In this document: in pieces, positions 8,693 to 18,866 of the stretch | Numbering within the stretch: the stretch's first letter is position 1 | Layout: each line of letters starts with the position of its first letter | Assembly: GCF_012568245.1 (NCBI RefSeq) | Contig: NZ_CP046188.1 | Location: 423,962-455,961 of the forward strand | Source: Enterobacteriaceae endosymbiont of Donacia thalassina | GTDB lineage: Bacteria > Pseudomonadota > Gammaproteobacteria > Enterobacterales > Enterobacteriaceae | Length of the DNA: 32,000 nucleotides | Direction: 5' to 3' | Translations under genes and position numbers: made by a program | Notes under the pieces: model-generated | The model's database searches: none | Seen by the model: only the letters and a program-made list of their open reading frames with translations | Told to the model about the DNA's origin: nothing

Positions 8693-10438
8693 TCATAAGT
8701 AGGATAATCCTAAATCTTTTAAAAGATTAAAATTAATTTTATTAGGAGCTTGAGTTAATAAACAATTTGCTGATGTAGTTTTTGGAAAAGCAATAACATC
8801 ACGAATATTATTCGTATTAGTTAATAACATAATTAATCTATCTAATCCCAAAGCTATTCCTATATGTGGAGGTGTACCAAATTTTAAAGCTTCTAAAAAA
8901 AAACCAAAATTCTTTTTTTGCATTGATTCATTCATTTTAAGAAAATTAAATATTTTTTTTTGTATTTTATAATTATTAATTCGTGAAGAACCACTTCCTA
9001 TTTCATAACCATTAATTACTAAATCATATGATTCAGATATTATTTTGTAAGGATTTTCTTTTAAAAAAAGATCTATATTTTTTATAAAATGATTTTTAGG
9101 TGATGTAAATGGATGATTCATAGAAACTAATTTACCTATTTTATCTTTTTTAAATAAAGGAAAATCAATTATCCATAATGGATACCATTTATTTTTTTCA
9201 ATAAGATTGAAATCTTTTCCTAATTTTTTGCGTAAATGTCCCATAGAGGAAATATTATCATTGATAATTTCAGTTCCAATAAAAATAATATCATTGTGAT
9301 CACATTTATTTATTTTAATAAAATCTTCAATTTGTCTATTAGTTAAATCAATAATAAAATTATCTTTTATATTTAAGATATTTATCAACTTATTATTATT
9401 TACTTGAAATATATTTAAATCATTTGTACCATATTTTTTAATATAACATATATATTTTTCTAAATCTTTTATTTTTAAATTAGATAAATATCTATTTTTA
9501 ATAGAAATTGAAATTATTCTATTTTTATTTTTTTTAATAAAAAAATTATTTAAATCTATAAGTTTTAATTTATTTCTTAAATCAGGTTTATCTGTACCAT
9601 AATATTGCATTGATTTTTTAAAAGTTAATACTTTAAATTTATTTAAAGATATTTTTTTTATATTTTTCCATATATAAAAAATCATTTTTTCTATAAAATT
9701 TCTAAATACTTTTGAATTTATAAAAGATATTTCTATATCAATTTGTGTAAATTCTGGTTGACGATCTGAACGTAAATCTTCATCACGAAAACATTTCGCA
9801 ATTTGATAATAACGATCTAATCCAGAAATCATTAATAATTGTTTGAAAATTTGTGGAGATTGAGGTAATGCATAAAAATTATGTTTATGTATTCTACTTG
9901 GTACTAAATAATCTCTTGATCCTTCTGGTGTTGAATTTGTTAAAATAGGAGTTTCAATATTTAAAAAATTATTTTTTTCTAGAAAATTTCTAATATAACT
10001 TACTACAATAGATCTTTTTTTTAAAATTTTAATCATTTTCATTTGTCTTAAATCTAAATATCGATATTTTAATCTAGTTTCTTCAGTATTAATCATATTA
10101 ATATCAATAGGTAATGATTTAGATTTGTTAAGTATAATTATACTAAATACAATAATTTCTATTTCACCAGTAAATAAATTTAAATTTTTATTTTTTTTTG
10201 TTCTTTCTACTATTTTACCTTTAATTTTTACACAAAAATTATTACGTAGTTTACTTGCTAAACTATAAGCTATTTTATATTGAGGTTTAAATACTGCTTG
10301 AATAACACCTTCTCTATCTTTTAAATTAATAAAAATTAATTTTCCTAAATTTCTATAACTATCTACCCAACCATAAAGAATAATTTCCTTATTTATATAT
10401 TTTTTATTAATTTCCCCACAGTAAATTTTTTTTTTCAT
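8693..10438 (-). CDS. aspS: Aspartate-tRNA ligase
   Basis: 581 aa versus 590 aa in E. coli. OB-fold N-terminus YCGEI...GWV...R.LGKLIFINLKDREG. Class II motifs FYALPQSPQIFKQLLM, FRDEDLRSDRQPEFTQID and GLDRLIMLL. Confidence 0.96.
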   Translation of the reverse strand: MKKKIYCGEINKKYINKEIILYGWVDSYRNLGKLIFINLKDREGVIQAVFKPQYKIAYSLASKLRNNFCVKIKGKIVERTKKNKNLNLFTGEIEIIVFSIIILNKSKSLPIDINMINTEETRLKYRYLDLRQMKMIKILKKRSIVVSYIRNFLEKNNFLNIETPILTNSTPEGSRDYLVPSRIHKHNFYALPQSPQIFKQLLMISGLDRYYQIAKCFRDEDLRSDRQPEFTQIDIEISFINSKVFRNFIEKMIFYIWKNIKKISLNKFKVLTFKKSMQYYGTDKPDLRNKLKLIDLNNFFIKKNKNRIISISIKNRYLSNLKIKDLEKYICYIKKYGTNDLNIFQVNNNKLINILNIKDNFIIDLTNRQIEDFIKINKCDHNDIIFIGTEIINDNISSMGHLRKKLGKDFNLIEKNKWYPLWIIDFPLFKKDKIGKLVSMNHPFTSPKNHFIKNIDLFLKENPYKIISESYDLVINGYEIGSGSSRINNYKIQKKIFNFLKMNESMQKKNFGFFLEALKFGTPPHIGIALGLDRLIMLLTNTNNIRDVIAFPKTTSANCLLTQAPNKINFNLLKDLGLSYL

Positions 10439-10870
10439 TCATAAATCCTATATTTTAAAAATATTTGTTAAATATTTATATTATTTATGTATAAAATATA
10501 TTTTAATAATTGAATTTAAATATATATAATTTTATATAAAAATATTTATTCTTTTAAAAAGAATTATTTAAAAATTATGAAAATTTTAAAAATATTAATT
10601 TTAATAATTATAAAATCACATAAAATTTTTTTAAAAAATATGATATTTTATTAGATAGTTTAATTATTTTATTTAAATTAAATATTTTAAAATTTAAATT
10701 ACATATTTAAAATTAGTTAATTATATCAATAAAAAATAAAAAAATATATTTTTATATTTTAAAAAAAAATAATATAAAATTTTATTTATAAAATAAATAT
10801 ATACTTAATATATTAAGAATAATTATATTTATAATTAATATATTATTAAAATAATAAAAATAGGAAATAT

Positions 10871-12601
10871 ATGAATATAAAAAAAATTCTTTCTAAGAAA
10901 ATTCATAAATCTATGGTTAAAATAGGTATTCCAGAAAAATATAATGTAATATTACGTTCATGTAAAAAAAAAGAATTAGGACATTATCAAATTAATGGAA
11001 TTATATCTGCAGCTATTCATTTAAAAATTAAACCTAATGATTTAGCTCTTAAATTAGTTAAAAATTTGAATATAAAAACAATAATATCTAAGATTACAAT
11101 ATCTAATTTAGGATATATTAATCTTTTTATTAATAAACATTGGTTATCAAATCAAATTAATTTATTAATAAATTCTCAAAAATTAGGATTAACAGAAAAA
11201 ATTATATCAGAAAATATTGTTATTGATTATTCAAGTCCTAATATAGCAAAAGAAATGCATGTTGGACATTTAAGATCTACAATTATAGGAGATTGTATTG
11301 TAAGAATTTTATCTTTTGTTGGTCATAATGTTATAAAATCCAATCATATTGGTGATTGGGGAACAAATTTTGGAATACTTATAGCTTTTTTAAAATTAAA
11401 AAATAAAAAAACAAACTTATTACTTTCTGATATAGAAAAATTATATAAACAGGCTCAAAAAAAATATGTTAAAGATATAAATTTTGCAAAAAAAGCTAGA
11501 TTATATGTAGTAAAATTACAAAAAAAAGATATTTCTTGTTTTAAGATATGGCAAAAAATAGTTAATATTACTATGAATTATAATTACCAATTATATAAAA
11601 AACTTAATATTAAACTTACATATCATGATACTATGGGAGAAAGTATATATAATGATATGTTATCTGATTTAATTATAGATTTAAAAAAAAAAGGTATAGC
11701 TATTAATAATAATGGAACTGTTATTATCCCTATAAAGGGAGAAAAAAATATAAAAGGAGAATTAATGGCTGTTATTATTCAGAAAAAAGATGGAGCATAT
11801 CTTTATGCTACAACAGATATTGCATGTATTAAATATCGTTATGAAAAATTTAAAGCAAATAGAATTATTTATTATGTAGATTCTCGTCAAAAACAGTATT
11901 TAAAACAAATTTTTCAAATAGCTAAAAAAGCAAAATATGTTCCTTCAAATATAAAATTAGAACATCATATGTTCGGTATGATTTTAAATAAAAATAATAA
12001 ACCTTTTAAAACAAGAGAAGGAGAAAATATAAAATTAAATGATTTAATAACTGAATCAGTTATAAGAGCTAAAAATATCATTCTTAAAAAGAATCCTTCT
12101 ATTAAAAAAGAAATATTAGAAGATTTATCCTTTAAAATTGGAATTGGAGCAATAAAATATGCTGATTTATCTAAAAATAGAATAAATAATTATATTTTTA
12201 GTTGGAATAAAATGTTATCTTTAGATGGTAATACATCTTTATATATTCAATATGCATATGTAAGAGCTATTTCTTTATTAAAGAAATCAAATATTAATTT
12301 AAAAAATTTTTTAAATTCAGAAATTAATTTTATAAATCATTATGAAGTTAATTTAGCTATATCATTTTTAGATTTTGAAGAAATTATTTTTAAAATTGTT
12401 AAAAAAGGTACTCCACACATATTATGTAATTGGTTATATAAAATTACAGTATTATTTACTCTATTTTATGAAAATTGTAATATTTTAAATCTTAAGGATC
12501 ATATACTAAAAATTAGTAGATTAAAAATAGTTTTTTTAACATCGTTATTTTTAAAAAGAGGATTATATTTATTAGGTATTAAAACTATAAAAAAAATATA
12601 A
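10871..12601 (+). CDS. argS: Arginine-tRNA ligase
   Basis: 576 aa versus 577 aa in E. coli. Class I HIGH motif SSPNIAKEMHVGHLRSTIIGD. The C-terminus GLYLLGIKT resembles the E. coli C-terminus. AGGAAA lies 6 nt upstream. Confidence 0.95.
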   Translation: MNIKKILSKKIHKSMVKIGIPEKYNVILRSCKKKELGHYQINGIISAAIHLKIKPNDLALKLVKNLNIKTIISKITISNLGYINLFINKHWLSNQINLLINSQKLGLTEKIISENIVIDYSSPNIAKEMHVGHLRSTIIGDCIVRILSFVGHNVIKSNHIGDWGTNFGILIAFLKLKNKKTNLLLSDIEKLYKQAQKKYVKDINFAKKARLYVVKLQKKDISCFKIWQKIVNITMNYNYQLYKKLNIKLTYHDTMGESIYNDMLSDLIIDLKKKGIAINNNGTVIIPIKGEKNIKGELMAVIIQKKDGAYLYATTDIACIKYRYEKFKANRIIYYVDSRQKQYLKQIFQIAKKAKYVPSNIKLEHHMFGMILNKNNKPFKTREGENIKLNDLITESVIRAKNIILKKNPSIKKEILEDLSFKIGIGAIKYADLSKNRINNYIFSWNKMLSLDGNTSLYIQYAYVRAISLLKKSNINLKNFLNSEINFINHYEVNLAISFLDFEEIIFKIVKKGTPHILCNWLYKITVLFTLFYENCNILNLKDHILKISRLKIVFLTSLFLKRGLYLLGIKTIKKI

Positions 12602-12622
12602 AAAATATTAATAATAAATATA

Positions 12623-12636
12623 TTTTTTTTTTTTTT
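12623..12636. repeat. T14 homopolymer in the argS-mnmA spacer
   Basis: Read directly from the sequence: tatattttttttttttttaatac. It is the longest homopolymer I found in the window. Confidence 0.9.
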
Positions 12637-12687
12637 AATACTATTATTTAATATTATTTTATATAAAAATTTTATTTTACATAATTT

Positions 12688-13785
12688 ATGTTTAAAAAAA
12701 AAGTAATTATTGCAATGTCTGGTGGTATAGATTCTTCTTTTTCTGCCTGGTTATTAAAAAAACAGAATTATCAGGTAGAAGGATTATTTATGAAAAATTG
12801 GGAAGAGGATGATACAAATAATATTTGTAATATCGAAAAAGATTTATATGATGCAGAAGTAATTTGTAAAAAATTAAAAATTCCTTTACATAAAATTAAT
12901 TTTTCATCAGAATATTGGGATTATGTATTTCAAAAATTTATTTCTGAATATAAAAAAGGAAATACACCAAATCCTGATATTTTATGTAATAAAATTATTA
13001 AATTTAAATATTTTATGAATTTTGCTATTAATCATTTAGGAGCTGATTTTATTAGTACAGGTCACTATGTACGTTGTAAAAAAATAAAAAATAATTTTTT
13101 TTTATTAAGGGGAATAGATTCTAATAAAGATCAAAGTTATTTTTTATATACAATTAAAGAAAAACAATTAAAAAAGATTTTGTTTCCTATTGGAGGTTTA
13201 AAAAAAACTGAAGTAAGATATTTTGCTAATAAACTTAAATTTATCAATGCTAATAAAAAAGATTCTACAGGAATTTGTTTTATAGGAGAAAAAAAATTTC
13301 CAAATTTTTTAAATAAATATATATCTTCTCCATCAGGAGATATAATTAATATTCATGGACAAATTATAGGTAAACATAAAGGATTAATTCATTATACTAT
13401 AGGACAAAGAAAAGGTATTGGAGTAGGAGGATCTATATTTTATGAAAATAAACCATGGTATGTTTATAAAAAAAATATAAAAAAAAATACCTTAGTTGTA
13501 ATACAAGATAGACAAAATTTATATTTATATTTTATTGGTTTAATAGTAAAAAAAATTACTTGGATAAATTTTATTCCTAAAAATTTTGAAAAAAAATGTA
13601 CAATCAAAACTAGATATCGACAAAAAGATATTAAATGTAAAATTATTTTTTTAAATAATAATAGAATTAAGGTATATTTTTATACCCCTATTTCTAGTAT
13701 TACAAAAGGACAATCGGCTGTATTTTATTATGGAAAAATTTGTTTAGGAGGTGGAATTATTGAAAAAGGTATTCCATTAATTTAA
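12688..13785 (+). CDS. mnmA: tRNA 2-thiouridine(34) synthase MnmA
   Basis: 365 aa versus 368 aa in E. coli. PP-loop VIIAMSGGIDSS, plus NPDILCN, ISTGHY, KDQSYFL and KDSTGICFIGE. Confidence 0.95.
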   Translation: MFKKKVIIAMSGGIDSSFSAWLLKKQNYQVEGLFMKNWEEDDTNNICNIEKDLYDAEVICKKLKIPLHKINFSSEYWDYVFQKFISEYKKGNTPNPDILCNKIIKFKYFMNFAINHLGADFISTGHYVRCKKIKNNFFLLRGIDSNKDQSYFLYTIKEKQLKKILFPIGGLKKTEVRYFANKLKFINANKKDSTGICFIGEKKFPNFLNKYISSPSGDIINIHGQIIGKHKGLIHYTIGQRKGIGVGGSIFYENKPWYVYKKNIKKNTLVVIQDRQNLYLYFIGLIVKKITWINFIPKNFEKKCTIKTRYRQKDIKCKIIFLNNNRIKVYFYTPISSITKGQSAVFYYGKICLGGGIIEKGIPLI

Positions 13786-13877
13786 CTAAAATAAATTTAA
13801 TATTTTAAAATTATTATTTTAATAATATAAATAAATAATTAAACAAAAAATAATATTTTATAAAATAGAGTATTATT

Positions 13878-15005
13878 ATGGAAAAAAAATCTTTTAAAAA
13901 AATATTAATTAATTTAATTAATATTAATAAATCTTTTTCAGGAAAAAAAATTATTTCTAATTTAAATTTAAATATAAATGATGGAGAATTTATTACTTTA
14001 TTAGGACCTTCTGGTTCTGGAAAAACAACTATTATCCGTTTAATAGCAGGTTTGGAAAAAGTAGATAGTGGCTCTATTATTCTTAATAAAAGAGAAATAA
14101 CACAATATCCAGCAGAAAAAAGACAAATAAACACTGTTTTTCAAAGCTATGCATTATTTCCTCATATGTCCGTATTTGATAATATAGCTTTTGGATTAAA
14201 AATGCAAAAAAAAACATATAAAGAAATAATTGATAAAGTTGAAAAAATTTTAGATATAGTACAATTAAAAAAATTTATAAATAGAAAACCTCATGAATTA
14301 TCTGGAGGCCAACAACAAAGAGTTGCTATAGCAAGAGCTGTAATTAATCAACCTAGAATATTATTATTAGATGAATCATTATCAGCTTTAGATTATAGAT
14401 TACGTAAAAAAATGCAAAATGAACTTAAAGCATTACAAAGACAATTAGGTATTACATTTATATTAGTTACACATAATCAAGAAGAAGCTTTAAGTATATC
14501 AGATCGTATTATTTTATTACGTAATGGAAAAATAGAACAAGATGGGACACCTAGAGAAATATATGAAGAACCTAAAAATTTATTTGTTGCTAAATTTATA
14601 GGAGATATAAATATATTTAATGCTTTTATTTTAAAAAAAATACATAATAATCAAGTATTAGCTAATTTAGAAGGTTATATATGTAATATTCATGTCCCAT
14701 TCCCAGTTATTATTGGAGAAAAAATACATGTATTATTAAGACCTGAAGATTTAAGAATTAAAGAAATTGATAATAAAACAAATTTAACTACAGGTTTAAT
14801 TGGATATATAAAAGAAAAAAATTATAAAGGTATGACTTTAGAATCTACATTAAAATTAAAAAATGGTAAAATTATTACTGTAAGTGAATTTTTTAATGAA
14901 AATGATCCTTGTTTTGATCATTCTTTAAATCAAAAAATGTTAATAAATTGGGTCGAAACATGGGAGGTTGTATTACCTTATGAAAAAAATAATGGAATAT
15001 ACTAA
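13878..15005 (+). CDS. potA: Spermidine/putrescine ABC transporter ATP-binding protein PotA
   Basis: 375 aa versus 378 aa in E. coli. Walker [10 protein letters not shown], signature [14 protein letters not shown] and Walker [12 protein letters not shown]. Long identical runs to E. coli PotA include [31 protein letters not shown] and [10 protein letters not shown]. Confidence 0.96.
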   Translation: MEKKSFKKILINLININKSFSGKKIISNLNLNINDGEFITLLGPSGSGKTTIIRLIAGLEKVDSGSIILNKREITQYPAEKRQINTVFQSYALFPHMSVFDNIAFGLKMQKKTYKEIIDKVEKILDIVQLKKFINRKPHELSGGQQQRVAIARAVINQPRILLLDESLSALDYRLRKKMQNELKALQRQLGITFILVTHNQEEALSISDRIILLRNGKIEQDGTPREIYEEPKNLFVAKFIGDINIFNAFILKKIHNNQVLANLEGYICNIHVPFPVIIGEKIHVLLRPEDLRIKEIDNKTNLTTGLIGYIKEKNYKGMTLESTLKLKNGKIITVSEFFNENDPCFDHSLNQKMLINWVETWEVVLPYEKNNGIY

Positions 15006-15846
15006 AAATATTACAATTTTTATAATTATAAGTTGGTTATTATTATTTATTTTATTACCTAATATAATGATAATTATAATCAGTTTTTTAAAAAAAGGAA
15101 ATTATAATTTAATTAGGTTTAAATTTTCTTTTAATAATTATCTAAATTTATTAGATTTCTTATATATTAAAGTATTTATAAATTCTTTTTTTATTTCATT
15201 AATTACAACAATAATATGTTTTATAATAGGTTATCCATTTGCATGGTGTTTAACAAAAATATCTGCTCAAAAAAAATCTTTAATGTTATTTTTTTTATTT
15301 TTACCTTTTTGGGTTAATTCATTAATTAGAATATATTGTTTAAAAATATTTTTAGGAATTAATGGATGTTTAAATAACATTTTACTTTATTTTAAAATTA
15401 TTAAAGATCCTATTCATATAATTTATACTCCTACTGCTGTAATACTAGGATTAATATATATTTTATTACCTTTTATGATTGTACCTATATATTCTAGTTT
15501 TGAAAAACTAGATCGTTTTTGGATAGAAGCGGCAAAGGATTTAGGAGCACAATCCTGGAAAATATTTCTTTATATAATTATTCCTTTAACTACATCAGGA
15601 ATTATTGCAGGATGTCTTTTAGTTTTTTTATCTAGTATGGGTATGTTTTATATTTCCGATTTAATGGGTGGATCAAAAAATTTGCTAATAGGAAATATTA
15701 TTAAAAATCAATTTTTAAATATTAGAGATTGGCCATTAGGAGCAGCAACAAGTACAATAGTGACATTATTTACGGGTATTTTTTTAATATTATATTTTAA
15801 AACTATTAAATTTTTAGATAAAAAGGAATTTAAAAAAAATGTTTAA
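14968..15846 (+). CDS. potB: Spermidine/putrescine ABC transporter permease PotB
   Basis: Colinear with E. coli PotB: [67 protein letters not shown]. The track start at 14968 overlaps potA by 38 nt. In-frame ATGs at 14980 or 14992 are equally plausible and fit the 275-aa E. coli length better. Confidence 0.93.
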   Translation: MYYLMKKIMEYTKNITIFIIISWLLLFILLPNIMIIIISFLKKGNYNLIRFKFSFNNYLNLLDFLYIKVFINSFFISLITTIICFIIGYPFAWCLTKISAQKKSLMLFFLFLPFWVNSLIRIYCLKIFLGINGCLNNILLYFKIIKDPIHIIYTPTAVILGLIYILLPFMIVPIYSSFEKLDRFWIEAAKDLGAQSWKIFLYIIIPLTTSGIIAGCLLVFLSSMGMFYISDLMGGSKNLLIGNIIKNQFLNIRDWPLGAATSTIVTLFTGIFLILYFKTIKFLDKKEFKKNV

Positions 15847-16639
15847 ATATATCTGTAGAATTATTTTTATAAATCTTATTTATTTTTGTTTTTATATACC
15901 TATTATATTATTAATAATAAATTCTTTTAATAAATCTAATTTTGGTATTATATGGCAAGGATTTAGTATAAAATGGTATCAATTAATTATCCATAATTAT
16001 GCATTATTAGAAGTTACATATCATTCTTTATGTATTGGTATGCTTACTGCTACTATTACGACTTTCATGGGATTATTAACTGCATTATCGTTATACCATT
16101 TTAATATTCATATTAAATCTTTTATAAATATTTTATTATTTATAGTAATTATTTCTCCTGATATTGTAATGGGTATTTCTTTATTATTATTATTTATTTT
16201 ATTAAATTTATCTTTAGGTTTTTGGTCTTTATTATTTTCACATATTACATTTTGTTTACCATATGTCGTTATTAATATTTATTCAAGATTAGAAGATTTT
16301 GATAATCGTATGATAGAAGCTGCAAAAGATTTAGGTGCTAGTGAAATAATTATTTTAATAAAAATTATATTTCCTATAATATTACCAACCATTATTTCAA
16401 GTTGGTTATTAAGTTTTGCTTTATCTATGGATGATATAACAATATCAACTTTTGTAACAGGACCAGAATATGAAATACTTCCATTAAAAATTTATTCAAT
16501 GTCAAAAATAGGAATTACTCCTGAAATTAATGTTTTAGCAACAATATTAATAATAATATCTTTATTTTTAGTAATTATAAGTAGAATTATTTTAGGAAGA
16601 TATAAAACATATAATCAAATTACATCTTTTTTAGAATAA
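15839..16639 (+). CDS. potC: Spermidine/putrescine ABC transporter permease PotC
   Basis: 266 aa versus 264 aa in E. coli. [43 protein letters not shown] and SMDDITISTFVTGPEYEILPLKIYSM. An 8-nt ATGTTTAA overlap with the potB stop suggests translational coupling. Confidence 0.96.
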   Translation: MFKYICRIIFINLIYFCFYIPIILLIINSFNKSNFGIIWQGFSIKWYQLIIHNYALLEVTYHSLCIGMLTATITTFMGLLTALSLYHFNIHIKSFINILLFIVIISPDIVMGISLLLLFILLNLSLGFWSLLFSHITFCLPYVVINIYSRLEDFDNRMIEAAKDLGASEIIILIKIIFPIILPTIISSWLLSFALSMDDITISTFVTGPEYEILPLKIYSMSKIGITPEINVLATILIIISLFLVIISRIILGRYKTYNQITSFLE

Positions 16640-16665
16640 TTTTTTTTATTTTAAATAAAAAATAA

Positions 16666-17484
16666 TTATTTTTGACATTTATAACAAAAAAATGTACTTC
16701 TATTTCTTTGAAATATTCTAGTAATTTTATTTTTACATATTTTACATAATTTATCTTTTTTTCCATATACAAAAAAATATTTGGAAAAATTTCCAATATT
16801 ATTATTAGGTAATTTATAATTACAGATAGTAGAACCTCCATATTTGATTGATTTATATAAAATATTTTTTATATTTTTTACTAAAATTGTAATTTCTTTA
16901 AAATTTAAAGTATTAGAAATACGAACAGGTGATATTTTTGATAAAAATAAAGACTCATTAGCATATATATTGCCTATTCCTGTTACAATTTTATTATCCA
17001 TTAATAATATTTTTATAGCAATATTTTTTTTTTTTGTAAAATTGTATAAATACAAATTATTAAATTTAGTTGTTAATGGTTCAGTTCCTAATTTTTTTAA
17101 AAATACATTTTTTTTATAATTTTTGATTTCCCATAACCAAAATCCAAATTTTCTAACATCTGTATATCTTAAAATTAAATTATTATCTATAATTAGATCA
17201 ATATGATCATGTTTACTATAAAAAATATTATCATTTTTATTTAAAATACATAATTTTCCTGTCATACCTAAATGAATAATAATTGTATTTTTTAATAAAA
17301 TTATGATAATATATCTACCTCTTCTTTTAATATCTAAAATTTTTTGATTATTTATTTTAATAATATTATTAGGAATAATATATTTTAATTTTTTAGTTCT
17401 AATTATAGAATAATTGATTATTTTCTCCTTTAAATAAGGTAGAATCATATTTTTAATCACTTCTACTTCAGGTAATTCAGGCAT
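16666..17484 (-). CDS. mutM: Formamidopyrimidine-DNA glycosylase (Fpg/MutM)
   Basis: 272 aa versus 269 aa in E. coli. Catalytic N-terminus MPELPEVE. H2TH region GIGNIYANESLF. C-terminal zinc finger C-x2-C-x16-C-x2-C (CKICKNKITRIFQRNRSTFFCYKCQK). Confidence 0.94.
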   Translation of the reverse strand: MPELPEVEVIKNMILPYLKEKIINYSIIRTKKLKYIIPNNIIKINNQKILDIKRRGRYIIIILLKNTIIIHLGMTGKLCILNKNDNIFYSKHDHIDLIIDNNLILRYTDVRKFGFWLWEIKNYKKNVFLKKLGTEPLTTKFNNLYLYNFTKKKNIAIKILLMDNKIVTGIGNIYANESLFLSKISPVRISNTLNFKEITILVKNIKNILYKSIKYGGSTICNYKLPNNNIGNFSKYFFVYGKKDKLCKICKNKITRIFQRNRSTFFCYKCQK

Positions 17485-17489
17485 AAGTT

Positions 17490-18863
17490 TTATTTACCAA
17501 CACAAAATTGTGAAAAAATATTATTTAATAAATCTTCAGAATAAAATTTTCCTGTAATAGAATCTAATTCTTTCTGTATTAATTTAAAATCTTCAGATAA
17601 AAACTCTATCGAATTTGTATTTAAAAAATTATTTTTTCCTATTATAAGATATTTATAAATAGATTTTAATGAGTTTAAATATCTTTCTCTAGCTGTAAAT
17701 TGATCTTCATTTGTATTTATATTTATAATTTTTTTCTTAATAAAATCCATTAATATTGATATACCTTTTTTTTTTTTAATAGATATTTTTATAACTGTAT
17801 ATTTATTATTATTGTCATATATTATTTCTGGTATATTATTTGTTATATCTATTTTATTACGTATAATGATAATAGGAATATTTTTGATAAAATTTTTTAA
17901 ATATTTTTTAATAATTTTATTTAAATTTTTTTTTGACATTTGATCTTCTATTACTAAAAATAAGTAATTAGAACTTTTAATTTTTTCAAAAGTTTTTTTA
18001 ATACCTAAAATTTCAATTTGATTACTGGTATCTCTAATTCCTGCAGTATCTATAATTTCAATAGGGACTGAATTTATATAAATATTTTCATGTAAAATAT
18101 CTCTAGTTGTTCCTGGAATATTAGTTACTATAGAAATATTTTTATTAGTAATTAAATTCATTAAACTAGATTTTCCAGAATTTGGTGGTCCAATTAATAT
18201 TATTTTAATTCCTTCTTTAATTCTAATACCATCTTCTACATATTTTATAATACTTGTTAAAAATATTAATAATTTTTCTATTTTTTTTAAGATTTCTTTA
18301 AAAAAAATAGAAAATTTAATTTTATAATCAAATTCAAGAAAAGATTCTAATTGTACTCTTAAATTAATAATAATTTTTGTAAGTTTTTTCAATAAAAATG
18401 AAAATTTACCATTCATTAAATTCATTGCTGAAAAGATAGCTGATTTGGAATTAGCTGAAATAATATCAGAGATTGCTTCTGCTTGAGTTAAATCAAATTT
18501 TTTATTTAAAAATGCTCGTTTAGAAAATTCTCCTGGAGAAGCGATTCTAATTCCAGAAATATTTAAGATATCATTTATTAATAAATCTAATAATATAGAA
18601 TTTCCATGACATTGTAATTCTAAAATATCTTCTCCGGTAAAAGAATTAGGTTTTGGAAACCATAATGCTATACCTTTATCTATAATTTTATTCTTATAAA
18701 AAAAAGGTAAATAAGATGCATATCTTGGTTTTAAATATTTTAATTTTAATATATATTTTATTACATCTATTGCTTTATCACCAGATATTCTTATAACTCC
18801 TATACTACCTTGACCTGAAGGAGTTGCTTTAGCTATTATTGTATATTTTTGTTGTTTTTCCAT
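17490..18863 (-). CDS. mnmE: tRNA modification GTPase MnmE (TrmE/ThdF)
   Basis: 457 aa versus 454 aa in E. coli. G1 GPPNSGKSSL, G2 PGTTRD and G3 DTAGIR, plus the hallmark C-terminal CVGK. It starts 3 nt after the yidC stop. Confidence 0.95.
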   Translation of the reverse strand: MEKQQKYTIIAKATPSGQGSIGVIRISGDKAIDVIKYILKLKYLKPRYASYLPFFYKNKIIDKGIALWFPKPNSFTGEDILELQCHGNSILLDLLINDILNISGIRIASPGEFSKRAFLNKKFDLTQAEAISDIISANSKSAIFSAMNLMNGKFSFLLKKLTKIIINLRVQLESFLEFDYKIKFSIFFKEILKKIEKLLIFLTSIIKYVEDGIRIKEGIKIILIGPPNSGKSSLMNLITNKNISIVTNIPGTTRDILHENIYINSVPIEIIDTAGIRDTSNQIEILGIKKTFEKIKSSNYLFLVIEDQMSKKNLNKIIKKYLKNFIKNIPIIIIRNKIDITNNIPEIIYDNNNKYTVIKISIKKKKGISILMDFIKKKIININTNEDQFTARERYLNSLKSIYKYLIIGKNNFLNTNSIEFLSEDFKLIQKELDSITGKFYSEDLLNNIFSQFCVGK

Positions 18864-18866
18864 GAT

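Noticed and set aside
10577-10654. A 25-codon ORF (MKILKILILIIIKSHKIFLKNMIFY) in the aspS-argS spacer.
   Set aside because: It has no Shine-Dalgarno sequence. Its composition mirrors the surrounding DNA, and an ORF of this length is expected by chance. There is no basis to call it a gene.
10804-10817. A perfect 14-bp palindrome, CTTAATATATTAAG, 54 bp upstream of argS. It superficially resembles an ARG box (TGAAT-wwww-ATTCA).
   Set aside because: The half-site spacing is wrong (2 nt rather than 4 nt in the centre) and the key G and C positions are mismatched. In DNA that is close to a two-letter alphabet, 7-bp A/T arms arise by chance roughly once per hundred or so positions.
13814-14134. A 106-aa minus-strand ORF in the track.
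   Set aside because: It is antisense to the 5' part of potA, including the Walker A region. It has hydrophobic low-complexity sequence and no start context. It is an artefact of the opposite-strand frame.
16620-17119. Two track ORFs, 16620..16841 (minus, 73 aa) and 16844..17119 (plus, 91 aa).
   Set aside because: Both overlap mutM, one out of frame and one antisense. mutM is well supported by the PELPEVE N-terminus and the zinc finger. Neither overlapping ORF shows any motif.
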